In this document: in pieces, positions 11,469 through 25,900 of the stretch
Layout: the number at the start of each line of letters is the position of its first letter
Position numbering within the stretch: the first letter of the stretch is position 1
DNA from: Nemertoderma westbladi
Taxonomy: Eukaryota > Animalia > Xenacoelomorpha
Assembly (NCBI GenBank): GCA_032718475.1
Contig: JAUCBJ010008839.1
Span: 1 to 64,000, forward strand
Reading direction: 5' to 3'
DNA length: 64,000 nt
Program-made: the position numbers and the translations under genes
The notes under the pieces: model-generated
The model's database searches: none
What the model was told of the DNA's origin: nothing
The model's input: only the letters and a program-made list of their open reading frames with translations

Positions 11469-14400
11469 TTCCTTATGTACGAAGTTTCGTACATAAGGAA
11501 GTTTGGTACATAAGGAAGTTTGGTACATAAGGAAGTTTGGTACATAACGAAGTTTCGTACATAAGGAAGTTTGGTACATAAGGAAGTTTGGTACATAAGG
11601 AAGTTTGGTACATAACGAAGTTTCGTACATAAGGAAGTTTGGTACATAAGGAAGTTTCGTAAATAAGAAAGTTTGGTACATAAGGAAGTTTGGTACATAG
11701 GGAAGTTTGGTACATAAGGAAGTTTCGTAAATAAGGGAGTTTGGTACATAAGGAAGTTTGGTACATAAGGAAGTTTGGTACATAAGGAAGTTTGGTACAT
11801 AAGGAAGTTTCGTAAATAAGGAAGTTTGGTACATAAGGAAGTTTGGTACATAAGGAAGTTTGGTACATAAGGAAGTTTCGTAAATAAGGAAGTTTGGTAC
11901 ATAAGGAAGTTTGGTACATAAGGAAGTTTGGTACATAAGGAAGTTTAGTACATAAGGAAGTTTCGTAAATAAGGAAGTTTGGTACATAAGGAAGTTTGGT
12001 ACATAAGGAAGTTTCGTAAATAAGGAAGTTTGATACATAAGGAAGTTTGGTACATAAGGAAGTTTGGTACATAAGGAAGTTTGGTACTAAAGGAAGTTTA
12101 GTACATATAAAAATAAAAGGAAATTTGGTACATAAGGGAGTTGGGTACATGAGGAAGTTTGGTACATAAGGGAGTTTGGTACAAAAGGAAGTTTGGTACA
12201 TATAAAAATAAAAGGAAATTTGGTACATAAAGAAGTTTCGTACATAAGGAAGTTTGGTACAAAAATAAGTTTGGTTCATATAAAAATAAAAGTAAGTTTG
12301 AAACATAAGAAAGTTTGGTACATAGGAAGTTTGGTACATAGGAAGTTTGGTACATAAGGAATTTTGGTACATAAGGAACTTTCGAACATAAGGAAGTTTG
12401 GTACATAAGGAAGTTTCGAACATGAAGTTTGGTACATAAGGAAGTTTTGTATATAAGGAAGTTAGGTACATAAGGAAGTTTGGTACATAAGGAAATTTGG
12501 TACATAAGGAAGTTTGGTACATAAGGAAGTTTGGTATATAAGGAAGTTTCGTACATAAGGAAGTTTGGTACATAAGGAAGTTTGGTACATAAGGAAGTTT
12601 GGTACTAAAGGAAGTTTAGTACATATAAAAATAAAAGGAAATTTGGTACATAAGGAAGTTGGGTACATGAGGAAGTTTGGTACTTAAGGAAGTTTGGTAC
12701 ATAAGGGAGTTTGGTACAAAAGGAAGTTTGGTACATATAAAAATAAAAGGAAATTTGGTACAAAATGGAAGTTTAGTACATATAAAAATAAAAGGAAATT
12801 TGGTACATAAGGAAGTTTTGTATATAAGGAAGTTAGGTACATAAGGAAGTTTGGTACATAAGGAAGTTTGGTACATAAGGAAGTTTCGTACATAAGGAAG
12901 TTTGGTACATAAGGAAGTTTCGTACATAAGGAAGTTTGGTACATAAGGAAGTTTCGTAAATAAGGAAGTTTGGTACATAAGGAAGTTTGGTACATAAGGA
13001 AGTTTGGTACATAAGGAAGTTTAGTACATAAGGAAGTTTCGTAAATAAGGAAGTTTGGTACATAAGGAAGTTTGGTACATAAGGAAGTTTCGTAAATAAG
13101 GAAGTTTGATACATAAGGAAGTTTGGTACATAAGGAAGTTTGGTACATAAGGAAGTTTGGTACTAAAGGAAGTTTAGTACATATAAAAATAAAAGGAAAT
13201 TTGGTACATAAGGGAGTTGGGTACATGAGGAAGTTTGGTACATAAGGGAGTTTGGTACAAAAGGAAGTTTGGTACATATAAAAATAAAAGGAAATTTGGT
13301 ACATAAAGAAGTTTCGTACATAAGGAAGTTTGGTACAAAAATAAGTTTGGTTCATATAAAAATAAAAGTAAGTTTGAAACATAAGAAAGTTTGGTACATA
13401 GGAAGTTTGGTACATAGGAAGTTTGGTACATAGGAAGTTTGGTACATAAGGAATTTTGGTACATAAGGAACTTTCGAACATAAGGAAGTTTGGTACATAA
13501 GGAAGTTTCGAACATGAAGTTTGGTACATAAGGAAGTTTTGTATATAAGGAAGTTAGGTACATAAGGAAGTTTGGTACATAAGGAAATTTGGTACATAAG
13601 GAAGTTTGGTACATAAGGAAGTTTCGTACATAAGGAAGTTTCGTACATAAGGAAGTTTGGTACATAAGGAAGTTTGGTACATAAGGAAGTTTGGTACTAA
13701 AGGAAGTTTAGTACATATAAAAATAAAAGGAAATTTGGTACATAAGGAAGTTGGGTACATGAGGAAGTTTGGTACTTAAGGAAGTTTGGTACATAAGGGA
13801 GTTTGGTACAAAAGGAAGTTTGGTACATATAAAAATAAAAGGAAATTTGGTACAAAATGGAAGTTTAGTACATATAAAAATAAAAGGAAATTTGGTACAT
13901 AAGGAAGTTTTGTATATAAGGAAGTTAGGTACATAAGGAAGTTTGGTACATAAGGAAGTTTGGTACATAAGGAAGTTTCGTACATAAGGAAGTTTGGTAC
14001 ATAAGGAAGTTTCGTACATAAGGAAGTTTGGTACATAAGGAAGTTTGGTACATAACGAAGTTTCGTACATAAGGAAGTTTGGTACATAAGGAAGTTTGGT
14101 ACATAAGGAAGTTTGGTACATAAGGAAGTTTCGTACATAAGGAAGTTTGGTACATAAGGAAGTTTCGTAAATAAGGAAGTTTGGTACATAAGGAAGTTTG
14201 GTACATAACGAAGTTTCGTTCATAAGGAAGTTTGGTACATAAGGAAGTTTGGTACATAAGGAAGTTTGGTACATAAGGAAGTTTGGGACATAAGGAAGTT
14301 TCGTACATAAGGAAGTTTCGTACATAAGGAAGTTTGGTACATAAGGAAGTTTGGTACATAAGGAAGTTTGGTACATAAGGAAGTTTCGTAAATAAGGAAG

Positions 14401-17400
14401 TTTGGTACATAAGGAAGTTTGGTACATAACGAAGTTTCGTACATAAGGAAGTTTGGTACATAAGGAAGTTTGGTACATAAGGAAGTTTGGTACATAAGGA
14501 AGTTTGGTACATAACGAAGTTTCGTACATAAGGAAGTTTGGTACTAAAGGAAGTTTAGTACATAAAGAAGTTTGGTACAAATGGAAGTTTAGTACATATA
14601 AAAATAAAAGGAAATTTGGTACATAAGGAAGTTTTGTATATAAGGAAGTTTGGTACATAAGGAAATTTGGTACATAAGGAAGTTTGGTACATAAGGAAGT
14701 TTGGTACATAAGGAAGTTTCGCACATAAGGAAGTTTGGTACAAATGGAAGTTTAGTACATATAAAAATAAAAGGAAATTTGGTACAAATGGAAGTTTAGT
14801 ACATATAAAAATAAAAGGAAATTTGGTACATAAGGAAGTTTTGTATATAAGGAAGTTAGGTACATAAGGAAGTTTGGTACATAAGGAAATTTGGTACATA
14901 AGGAAGTTTGGTACATAAGGAGGTTTGGTACATAAGGAAGTTTCGTACATAAGGAAGTTTGGTACATAAGGAAGTTTGGTACATAAGGAAGTTTGGTACT
15001 AAAGGAAGTTTAGTACATATAAAAATAAAAGGAAATTTGGTACATAAGGAAGTTGGGTACATGAGGAAGTTTGGTACTTAAGGAAGTTTGGTACATAAGG
15101 GAGTTTGGTACAAAAGGAAGTTTGGTACATATAAAAATAAAAGGAAATTTGGTACAAAATGGAAGTTTAGTACATATAAAAATAAAAGGAAATTTGGTAC
15201 ATAAGGAAGTTTTGTATATAAGGAAGTTAAGTACATAAGGAAGTTTGGTACATAAGGAAATTTGGTACATAAGGAAGTTTGGTACATAAGGAAGTTTGGT
15301 ACATAAGGAAGTTTCGTACATAAGGAAGTTTGGTACATAATGAAGTTTGGTACATAAGGAAGTTTGGTACTAAAGGAAGTTTAGTACATATAAAAATAAA
15401 AGGAAATTTGGTACATAAGGGAGTTGGGTACATGAGGAAGTTTGGTACATAAGGGAGTTTGGTACAAAAGGAAGTTTGGTACATATAAAAATAAAAGGAA
15501 ATTTGGTACATAAAGAAGTTTCGTACATAAGGAAGTTTGGTACAAAAATAAGTTTGGTTCATATAAAAATAAAAGTAAGTTTGAAACATAAGAAAGTTTG
15601 GTACATAGGAAGTTTGGTACATAGGAAGTTTGGTACATAGGAAGTTTGGTACATAAGGAATTTTGGTACATAAGGAACTTTCGAACATAAGGAAGTTTGG
15701 TACATAAGGAAGTTTCGAACATGAAGTTTGGTACATAAGGAAGTTTTGTATATAAGGAAGTTAGGTACATAAGGAAGTTTGGTACATAAGGAAATTTGGT
15801 ACATAAGGAAGTTTGGTACATAAGGAAGTTTGGTATATAAGGAAGTTTCGTACATAAGGAAGTTTGGTACATAAGGAAGTTTGGTACATAAGGAAGTTTG
15901 GTACTAAAGGAAGTTTAGTACATATAAAAATAAAAGGAAATTTGGTACATAAGGAAGTTGGGTACATGAGGAAGTTTGGTACTTAAGGAAGTTTGGTACA
16001 TAAGGGAGTTTGGTACAAAAGGAAGTTTGGTACATATAAAAATAAAAGGAAATTTGGTACAAAATGGAAGTTTAGTACATATAAAAATAAAAGGAAATTT
16101 GTTACATAAGGAAGTTTTGTATATAAGGAAGTTAGGTACATAAGGAAGTTTGGTACATAAGGAAGTTTGGTACATAAGGAAGTTTGGTACATAAGGAAGT
16201 TTCGTACATAAGGAAGTTTGGTACATAAGGAAGTTTGGTACATAAGGAAGTTTGGTACTAAAGGAAGTTTAGCACATATAAAAATAAAAGGAAATTTGGT
16301 ACATAAGGAAGTTTGGTACATAAGGAAATTTGGTACATAAGGAAGTTTGGTACATAAGGAAATTTGGTACATAAGGAAGTTTGGTACATAAGGAAGTTTG
16401 GTACATAAGGAAGTTTCGTACATAAGGAAGTTTGGTACATAAGGAAGTTTGGTACATAAGGAAGTTTGGTACATAAGGAAGTTTCGCACATAAGGAAGTT
16501 TGGTACAAATGGAAGTTTAGTACATATAAAAATAAAAGGAAATTTGGTACAAATGGAAGTTTAGTACATATAAAAATAAAAGGAAATTTGGTACATGAGG
16601 AAGTTTGGTACATAAGGGAGTTTGGTACAAAAGGAAGTTTGGTACATAAGGAAGTTTGGTACATAAGGAAATTTGGTACATAAGGAAGTTTGGTACATAA
16701 GGAAGTTTGGTACATAAGGAAGTTTGGTACATAAGGAAGTTTGGTACATAAGGAAGTTTGGTACTGAAGGAAGTTTAGTACATATAAAAATAAAAGGAAA
16801 TTTGGTACATAAGGAAGTTGGGTACATGAGGAAGTTTGGTACATAAGGGAGTTTGGTACAAAAGGAAGTTTGGTACATATAAAAATAAAAGGAAATTTGG
16901 TACATAAAGAAGTTTCGTACATAAGGAAGTTTGGTACAAAAATAAGTTTGGTACATATAAAAATAAAAGTAAGTTTGAAACATAAGAAAGTTTGGTACAT
17001 AGGAAGTTTGGTACATAGGAAGTTTGGTACATAGGAAGTTTGGTACATAAGGAATTTTGGTACATAAGGAACTTTCGAACATAAGGAAGTTTGGTACATA
17101 AGGAAGTTTCGAACATGAAGTTTGGTACATAAGGAAGTTTTGTATATAAGGAAGTTAGGTACATAAGGAAGTTTGGTACATAAGGAAATTTGGTACATAA
17201 GGAAGTTTGGTACATAAGGAAGTTTGGTATATAAGGAAGTTTCGTACATAAGGAAGTTTGGTACATAAGGAAGTTTGGTACATAAGGAAGTTTGGTACTA
17301 AAGGAAGTTTAGTACATATAAAAATAAAAGGAAATTTGGTACATAAGGAAGTTGGGTACATGAGGAAGTTTGGTACTTAAGGAAGTTTGGTACATAAGGG

Positions 17401-20400
17401 AGTTTGGTACAAAAGGAAGTTTGGTACATATAAAAATAAAAGGAAATTTGGTACAAAATGGAAGTTTAGTACATATAAAAATAAAAGGAAATTTGGTACA
17501 TAAGGAAGTTTTGTATATAAGGAAGTTAGGTACATAAGGAAGTTTGGTACATAAGGAAGTTTGGTACATAAGGAAGTTTCGTACATAAGGAAGTTTGGTA
17601 CATAAGGAAGTTTCGTACATAAGGAAGTTTGGTACATAAGGAAGTTTCGTAAATAAGGAAGTTTGGTACATAAGGAAGTTTGGTACATAAGGAAGTTTGG
17701 TACATAAGGAAGTTTAGTACATAAGGAAGTTTCGTAAATAAGGAAGTTTGGTACATAAGGAAGTTTGGTACATAAGGAAGTTTCGTAAATAAGGAAGTTT
17801 GATACATAAGGAAGTTTGATACATAAGGAAGTTTGGTACATAAGGAAGTTTGGTACTAAAGGAAGTTTAGTACATATAAAAATAAAAGGAAATTTGGTAC
17901 ATAAGGGAGTTGGGTACATGAGGAAGTTTGGTACATAAGGGAGTTTGGTACAAAAGGAAGTTTGGTACATATAAAAATAAAAGGAAATTTGGTACATAAA
18001 GAAGTTTCGTACATAAGGAAGTTTGGTACAAAAATAAGTTTGGTTCATATAAAAATAAAAGTAAGTTTGAAACATAAGAAAGTTTGGTACATAGGAAGTT
18101 TGGTACATAGGAAGTTTGGTACATAGGAAGTTTGGTACATAAGGAATTTTGGTACATAAGGAACTTTCGAACATAAGGAAGTTTGGTACATAAGGAAGTT
18201 TCGAACATGAAGTTTGGTACATAAGGAAGTTTTGTATATAAGGAAGTTAGGTACATAAGGAAGTTTGGTACATAAGGAAATTTGGTACATAAGGAAGTTT
18301 GGTACATAAGGAAGTTTGGTATATAAGGAAGTTTCGTACATAAGGAAGTTTGGTACATAAGGAAGTTTGGTACATAAGGAAGTTTGGTACTAAAGGAAGT
18401 TTAGTACATATAAAAATAAAAGGAAATTTGGTACATAAGGAAGTTGGGTACATGAGGAAGTTTGGTACTTAAGGAAGTTTGGTACATAAGGGAGTTTGGT
18501 ACAAAAGGAAGTTTGGTACATATAAAAATAAAAGGAAATTTGGTACAAAATGGAAGTTTAGTACATATAAAAATAAAAGGAAATTTGGTACATAAGGAAG
18601 TTTTGTATATAAGGAAGTTAGGTACATAAGGAAGTTTGGTACATAAGGAAGTTTGGTACATAAGGAAGTTTCGTACATAAGGAAGTTTGGTACATAAGGA
18701 AGTTTCGTACATAAGGAAGTTTGGTACATAAGGAAGTTTGGTACATAACGAAGTTTCGTACATAAGGAAGTTTGGTACATAAGGAAGTTTGGTACATAAG
18801 GAAGTTTGGTACATAAGGAAGTTTCGTACATAAGGAAGTTTGGTACATAAGGAAGTTTCGTAAATAAGGAAGTTTGGTACATAAGGAAGTTTGGTACATA
18901 ACGAAGTTTCGTTCATAAGGAAGTTTGGTACATAAGGAAGTTTGGTACATAAGGAAGTTTGGTACATAAGGAAGTTTGGGACATAAGGAAGTTTCGTACA
19001 TAAGGAAGTTTCGTACATAAGGAAGTTTGGTACATAAGGAAGTTTGGTACATAAGGAAGTTTGGTACATAAGGAAGTTTCGTAAATAAGGAAGTTTGGTA
19101 CATAAGGAAGTTTGGTACATAACGAAGTTTCGTACATAAGGAAGTTTGGTACATAAGGAAGTTTGGTACATAAGGAAGTTTGGTACATAAGGAAGTTTGG
19201 TACATAACGAAGTTTCGTACATAAGGAAGTTTGGTACTAAAGGAAGTTTAGTACATAAAGAAGTTTGGTACAAATGGAAGTTTAGTACATATAAAAATAA
19301 AAGGAAATTTGGTACATAAGGAAGTTTTGTATATAAGGAAGTTTGGTACATAAGGAAATTTGGTACATAAGGAAGTTTGGTACATAAGGAAGTTTGGTAC
19401 ATAAGGAAGTTTCGCACATAAGGAAGTTTGGTACAAATGGAAGTTTAGTACATATAAAAATAAAAGGAAATTTGGTACAAATGGAAGTTTAGTACATATA
19501 AAAATAAAAGGAAATTTGGTACATAAGGAAGTTTTGTATATAAGGAAGTTAGGTACATAAGGAAGTTTGGTACATAAGGAAATTTGGTACATAAGGAAGT
19601 TTGGTACATAAGGAGGTTTGGTACATAAGGACTTTTCGTACATAAGGAAGTTTGGTACATAAGGAAGTTTGGTACATAAGGAAGTTTGGTACTAAAGGAA
19701 GTTTAGTACATATAAAAATAAAAGGAAATTTGGTACATAAGGAAGTTGGGTACATGAGGAAGTTTGGTACTTAAGGAAGTTTGGTACATAAGGGAGTTTG
19801 GTACAAAAGGAAGTTTGGTACATATAAAAATAAAAGGAAATTTGGTACAAAATGGAAGTTTAGTACATATAAAAATAAAAGGAAATTTGGTACATAAGGA
19901 AGTTTTGTATATAAGTAAGTTAAGTACATAAGGAAGTTTGGTACATAAGGAAATTTGGTACTTAAGGAAGTTTGGTACATAAGGAAGTTTGGTACATAAG
20001 GAAGTTTCGCACATAAGGAAGTTTGGTACAAATGGAAGTTTAGTACATATAAAAATAAAAGGAAATTTGGTACAAATGGAAGTTTAGTACATATAAAAAT
20101 AAAAGGAAATTTGGTACATAAGGGAGTTGGGTACATGAGGAAGTTTGGTACATAAGGGAGTTTGGTACAAAAGGAAGTTTGGTACATATAAAAATAAAAG
20201 GAAATTTGGTACATAAAGAAGTTTCGTACATAAGGAAGTTTGGTACAAAAATAAGTTTGGTTCATATAAAAATAAAAGTAAGTTTGAAACATAAGAAAGT
20301 TTGGTACATAGGAAGTTTGGTACATAGGAAGTTTGGTACATAGGAAGTTTGGTACATAAGGAATTTTGGTACATAAGGAACTTTCGAACATAAGGAAGTT

Positions 20401-21950
20401 TGGTACATAAGGAAGTTTCGAACATGAAGTTTGGTACATAAGGAAGTTTTGTATATAAGGAAGTTAGGTACATAAGGAAGTTTGGTACATAAGGAAATTT
20501 GGTACATAAGGAAGTTTGGTACATAAGGAAGTTTGGTATATAAGGAAGTTTCGTACATAAGGAAGTTTGGTACATAAGGAAGTTTGGTACATAAGGAAGT
20601 TTGGTACTAAAGGAAGTTTAGTACATATAAAAATAAAAGGAAATTTGGTACATAAGGAAGTTGGGTACATGAGGAAGTTTGGTACTTAAGGAAGTTTGGT
20701 ACATAAGGGAGTTTGGTACAAAAGGAAGTTTGGTACATATAAAAATAAAAGGAAATTTGGTACAAAATGGAAGTTTAGTACATATAAAAATAAAAGGAAA
20801 TTTGGTACATAAGGAAGTTTTGTATATAAGGAAGTTAGGTACATAAGGAAGTTTGGTACATAAGGAAGTTTGGTACATAAGGAAGTTTGGTACATAAGGA
20901 AGTTTCGTACATAAGGAAGTTTGGTACATAAGGAAGTTTGGTACATAAGGAAGTTTGGTACTAAAGGAAGTTTAGCACATATAAAAATAAAAGGAAATTT
21001 GGTACATAAGGAAGTTTGGTACATAAGGAAATTTGGTACATAAGGAAGTTTGGTACATAAGGAAATTTGGTACATAAGGAAGTTTGGTACATAAGGAAGT
21101 TTGGTACATAAGGAAGTTTCGTACATAAGGAAGTTTGGTACATAAGGAAGTTTGGTACATAAGGAAGTTTGGTACATAAGGAAGTTTCGCACATAAGGAA
21201 GTTTGGTACAAATGGAAGTTTAGTACATATAAAAATAAAAGGAAATTTGGTACAAATGGAAGTTTAGTACATATAAAAATAAAAGGAAATTTGGTACATG
21301 AGGAAGTTTGGTACATAAGGGAGTTTGGTACAAAAGGAAGTTTGGTACATAAGGAAGTTTGGTACATAAGGAAATTTGGTACATAAGGAAGTTTGGTACA
21401 TAAGGAAGTTTGGTACATAAGGAAGTTTGGTACATAAGGAAGTTTGGTACATAAGGAAGTTTGGTACATAAGGAAGTTTGGTACTGAAGGAAGTTTAGTA
21501 CATATAAAAATAAAAGGAAATTTGGTACATAAGGAAGTTGGGTACATGTGGAAGTTTGGTACATAAGGGAGTTTGGTACAAAAGGAAGTTTGGTACATAT
21601 AAAAATAAAAGGAAATTTGGTACATAAAGAAGTTTCGTACATAAGGAAGTTTGGTACAAAAATAAGTTTGGTACATATAAAAATAAAAGTAAGTTTGAAA
21701 CATAAGAAAGTTTGGTACATAGGAAGTTTGGTACATAGGAAGTTTGGTACATAGGAAGTTTGGTACATAAGGAATTTTGGTACATAAGGAACTTTCGAAC
21801 ATAAGGAAGTTTGGTACATAAGGAAGTTTCGAACATGAAGTTTGGTACATATATTTCGAACCTATAAAAATAAAAGGAAGCTTGGTACATAAAAGGAAAG
21901 TTTGGTACATATAAAACTATGCTTGGTACATATAAAAGGAAGGTTTTTTG
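11469..21950. repeat. 17-bp satellite (AAGGAAGTTTGGTACAT)n, ~10.5 kb, with higher-order repeats
   Basis: Read directly. Recurrent 27-bp variant (ggaagtttagtacatataaaaataaaa). Matching ORF-track translations recur at offsets of 1092 and 4693 bp. Confidence 0.98.
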
Positions 21951-21987
21951 GATATTTGTAATTTAATCTAACGTAAAATAATTATTT

Positions 21988-22620
21988 ATTACATGGCAAA
22001 AAATTCGAACTTTTTTCAACACTCTCGAGGCATTATATTTACCGAGCGCCAGCGAGGATAATAAAGGGTCGAGAGAATATTGAAAAAAAGGTTACCGGTA
22101 TATGTTTTTTCCCATGTACTCATGTACAGTAATACGTAATTTTATTCTAAAATTTGTACTTTTTTGTTTCTCAATTCATTAATTTATTGCTTCCATAGTT
22201 ACTGCGATTCTAATTACTCTACTCTTCAACTCCTGATGCTGCCTTACTCAATGTTAAATAATTTAGTGTTCTCGAAAATTTATTACGTAACTAGAGAGCC
22301 GATTAACTACAATTGGATATTGAGTTCCGTTTTCGAGTTCGCCTTGTAGGCAATCAAGTTGCAATAACTTTTGAGTGTGTGAATGCATTTTGCTCAAATT
22401 ACCTGCAAACCTTTCCTACTTCGCTGCTCGCTGCTCTTTCAATACATGTAATAAAATTTAAAATATTCCACCAAAAATATTTATTCTACATTTTTCGGCG
22501 GGAAAAAAGTAAAACCAATGCTATCGTATGGGTTACCCTTTTTCCCTAGGAAAAAAGTACTACTTTTTCCTCCCGATTTTGAGGTGTATTCGATCGAAAA
22601 AGTAACAATTTAAGAATAAA
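21988..22620. mobile_element. Non-autonomous inverted-repeat element(s)
   Basis: tacatggcaaaaaa / ttttttcccatgta (21990-22118) and imperfect TIRs tttattctaaaatttgtacttttt / aaaaagtaacaatttaagaataaa (22141-22620). Confidence 0.5.
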
Positions 22621-22947
22621 ATACATATAAATAACGTTAGTTAGGCCGCCTATTTTTACGTTAAATATTAACTCAAAATATTAAAAAATACAAATTAAAA
22701 TATCCGGTCATAACTGTCAATTTTTAACGACATAATGTCCTGATTCACATTTGTTGTGTAGGGGTGTAAGACTCAAGTAACAAAAACCATACATTGAATT
22801 TTTTACGAATGTCTGACATATACCCAACGTTAGATTAACGATGATGGTTTGCAGGGTTAATACCTGAATCATCGAATTAAAAACAATAAACTGTAAATAA
22901 TTTAAAATATTACAAGTAAACGTCGAAATATTGACGAAATTAGTCGA

Positions 22948-25900
22948 TCACTTCTTCTTAACGAGTATCAGTTGATCCTGTGATGCATTGACAGTGACAC
23001 CCATTCTATCAGCCGCCTGTCTCATATAAATATCTTCCTTGGGTGTCCAAACACTGCGAGGGCACTGTATGGAAGGTGTCACTGTGAGAGACTCCAACAT
23101 CTCATGTATGGTCTCCTTGGTGGTCTGGCTCACCGGTGGGCAGGAACCAAGGTTGGGGGAGTGATTTCCAAGGGGTGAACGGGAGGCCAGAGCAGCAGAG
23201 TGGTCACTTAGGGGAGAGCGGGAACCCAGAGCAGCAGAGTGGTCAGTTAGGGGAGAGCGGGAACACAGAGCAGCAGAGTGGTCAGTTAGGGGAGAGCGGG
23301 AAGCCAGAGCAGTAGAGTGGTCAGTTATGGGAGAGCGGGAACCCAGAGCAGTAGAGTGGTCAGTTAGGGGAGAGCGGGAAGCCAGAGCAGCAGAGTGGTC
23401 AGTTAGGGGAGAGCGGGAACCCAGAGCAGCAGAGTGGTCAGTTAGGGGAGAGCGGGAACCCAGAGCAGCAGAGTGGTCAGTTAGGGGAGAGCGGGAACCC
23501 AGAGCAGCAGAGTGGCCAGTTATGGGAGATCGGGAAGCCAGAGCAGCAGAGTGGTCAGTTAGGGGAGAGCGGGGAGCCAGAGCAGCAGAGTGGTCAGTTA
23601 GGGGAGAGCGGGCACCAAGAGCAGCAGAGTGGTCAGTTATGGGAGAGCGGGAACCCAGAGTAGCAGAGTGGTCAGTTAGGGGAGAGCGGGAAGCCAGAGC
23701 AGCAGAGTGGTCAGTTAGGGGAGAGTGGGAAGCTAGAGCAGTAGAGGGGTCAGTTAGGGGAGAGCGGGAACCCAGAGCAGCAGAGTGGTCAGTTAGGGGA
23801 GAGCGGGAACCCAGAGCAGCAGAGTGGTCAGTTAGGGGAGTGCGGGAAGCCAGAGCAGCAGAGTGGTTAGTTAGGGGAGAGCGGGAAGCCAGAGCAGCGG
23901 AGTGGTCAGTTATGGGAGAGCGGGAAGCCAGAGCAGCAGAGTGGTAAGTTAGGGAAGAGCGGGAAGCCAGAGCAGCAGAGTGGTCAGTTATGGGAGAGCG
24001 GGAACCCAGAGCAGCAGCGAGTGGTCAGTTAGGGGAGAGCGGGAAGCCAGAGCAGCAGAATGGTCAGTTAGGGGAGAGCGGGAAGCCAGAGCAGCAGAGT
24101 GGTCAGTTAGGGGAGAGTGGGAAGCCAGAGCAGCAGAGTGGTCAGTTATGGGAGAGCGGGAACCCAGAGCAGCAGCGAGTGGTCAGTTAGGGGAGAGCGG
24201 GAAGCCAGAGCAGCAGAGTGGTCAGTTATGAGATAGCGGGAACCCAGAGCAGCAGAGTGGTCATTTAGGGGAGAGCGGGAACCCAGAGCAGCAGAGTGGT
24301 CAGTTATGGGAGAGCGGGAACCCAGAGCAGCAGAGTAGTCAGTTAGGGGGGAGCGGGAACCCAGAGCAGTAGAGTGGTCAGTTAGGGGAGAGCGGGAGGC
24401 CAGAGCAGCAGAGTGGTCAGTTAGGGGGGAGCGGGAACACAGAGCAGCAGAGTGGTCAGTTAGGGGAGAGCGGGAAGCCAGAGCAGCGGAGTGGTCAGTT
24501 ATGGGAGAGCGGGAACCCAGAGCAGCAGATTGGTAAGTTAGGGAAGAGCGGGAACCCAGAGCAGCAGAGTGGTCAGTTGGGGGAAAGCGGGAACCCAGAG
24601 CAGCAGAGTGGTCAGTTAGGGGAGAGCGGGAAGCCAGAGCAGCAGAGTGGTCAGTTAGGGGAGAGCGGGAAGCCAGAGCAGCAGAGTGGTCAGTTAGGGG
24701 AGAGCGGGAAGCCAGAGCAGCAGAGTGGTCAGTTATGAGATAGCGGGAACCCAGAGCAGCAGAGTGGTCAGTTAGGGGAGAGCGGGAACCCAGAGCAGCA
24801 GAGTGGTCAGTTATGGGAGAGCGGGAACCCAGAGCAGCAGAGTAGTCAGTTAGGGGGGAGCGGGAACCCAGAGCAGTAGAGTGGTCAGTTAGGGGAGAGC
24901 GGGAAGCCAGAGCAGCAGAGTGGTAAGTTAGGGAAGAGCGGGAGGCCAGAGCAGCAGAGTGGTCAGTTAGGGGGGAGCGGGAACCCAGAGCAGCAGAGTG
25001 GTCAGTTAGGGGAGAGCGGAAAGCCAGAGCAGCAGAGTGGTCAGTTAGGGGAGAGCGGGAAGCCAGAGCAGCAGAGTGGTCAGTTATGAGATAGCGGGAA
25101 CCCAGAGCAGCAGAGTGGTCAGTTAGGGGAGAGCGGGAACCCAGAGCAGCAGAGTGGTCAGTTATGGGAGAGCGGGAACCCAGAGCAGCAGAGTAGTCAG
25201 TTAGGGGAGAGTGGGAACCCAGAGCAGCAGAGTGGTCAGTTAGGGGGGAGCGGGAACCCAGAGCAGTAGAGTGGTCAGTTAGGGGAGAGCGGGAAGCCAG
25301 AGCAGCAGAGTGGTAAGTTAGGGAAGAGCGGGAGGCCAGAGCAGCAGAGTGGTCAGTTAGGGGGGAACGGGAACCCAGAGCAGTAGAGTGGTCAGTTAGG
25401 GGAGAGCGGGAAGCCAGAGCAGCAGAGTGGTAAGTTAGGGAAGAGCGGGAGGCCAGAGCAGCAGAGTGGTCAGTTAGGGGGGAGCGGGAACCCAGAGCAG
25501 CAGAGTGGTCAGTTAGGGGAGAGCGGGAAGCCAGAGCAGCGGAGTGGTCAGTTATGGGAGAGCGGGAACCCAGAGCAGCAGAGTGGTAAGTTAGGGAAGA
25601 GCGGGAACCCAGAGCAGCAGAGTGGTCAGTTAGGGGAGAGCGGGAAGCCAGAGCAGCAGAGTGGTCAGTTAGGGGAGAGCGGGAAGCCAGAGCAGCAGAG
25701 TGGTCAGTTATGGGAGAGCGGGAACCCAGAGCAGCAGCGAGTGGTCAGTTAGGGGAGAGCGGGAAGCCAGAGCAGCACAATGGTCAGTGAGGGGAGAGCG
25801 GGAAGCCAGAGCAGCAGAGTGGTCAGTTAGGGGAGAGTGGGAAGCCAGAGCAGCAGAGTGGTCAGTTATGGGAGAGCGGGAACCCAGAGCAGCAGCGAGT

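Noticed and set aside
11418-21910. Dozens of minus-strand ORFs (MYQTSLCTKLPYVPNFL...)
   Set aside because: Translation of a stop-free 17-bp satellite in all three frames; no domain or gene signals.
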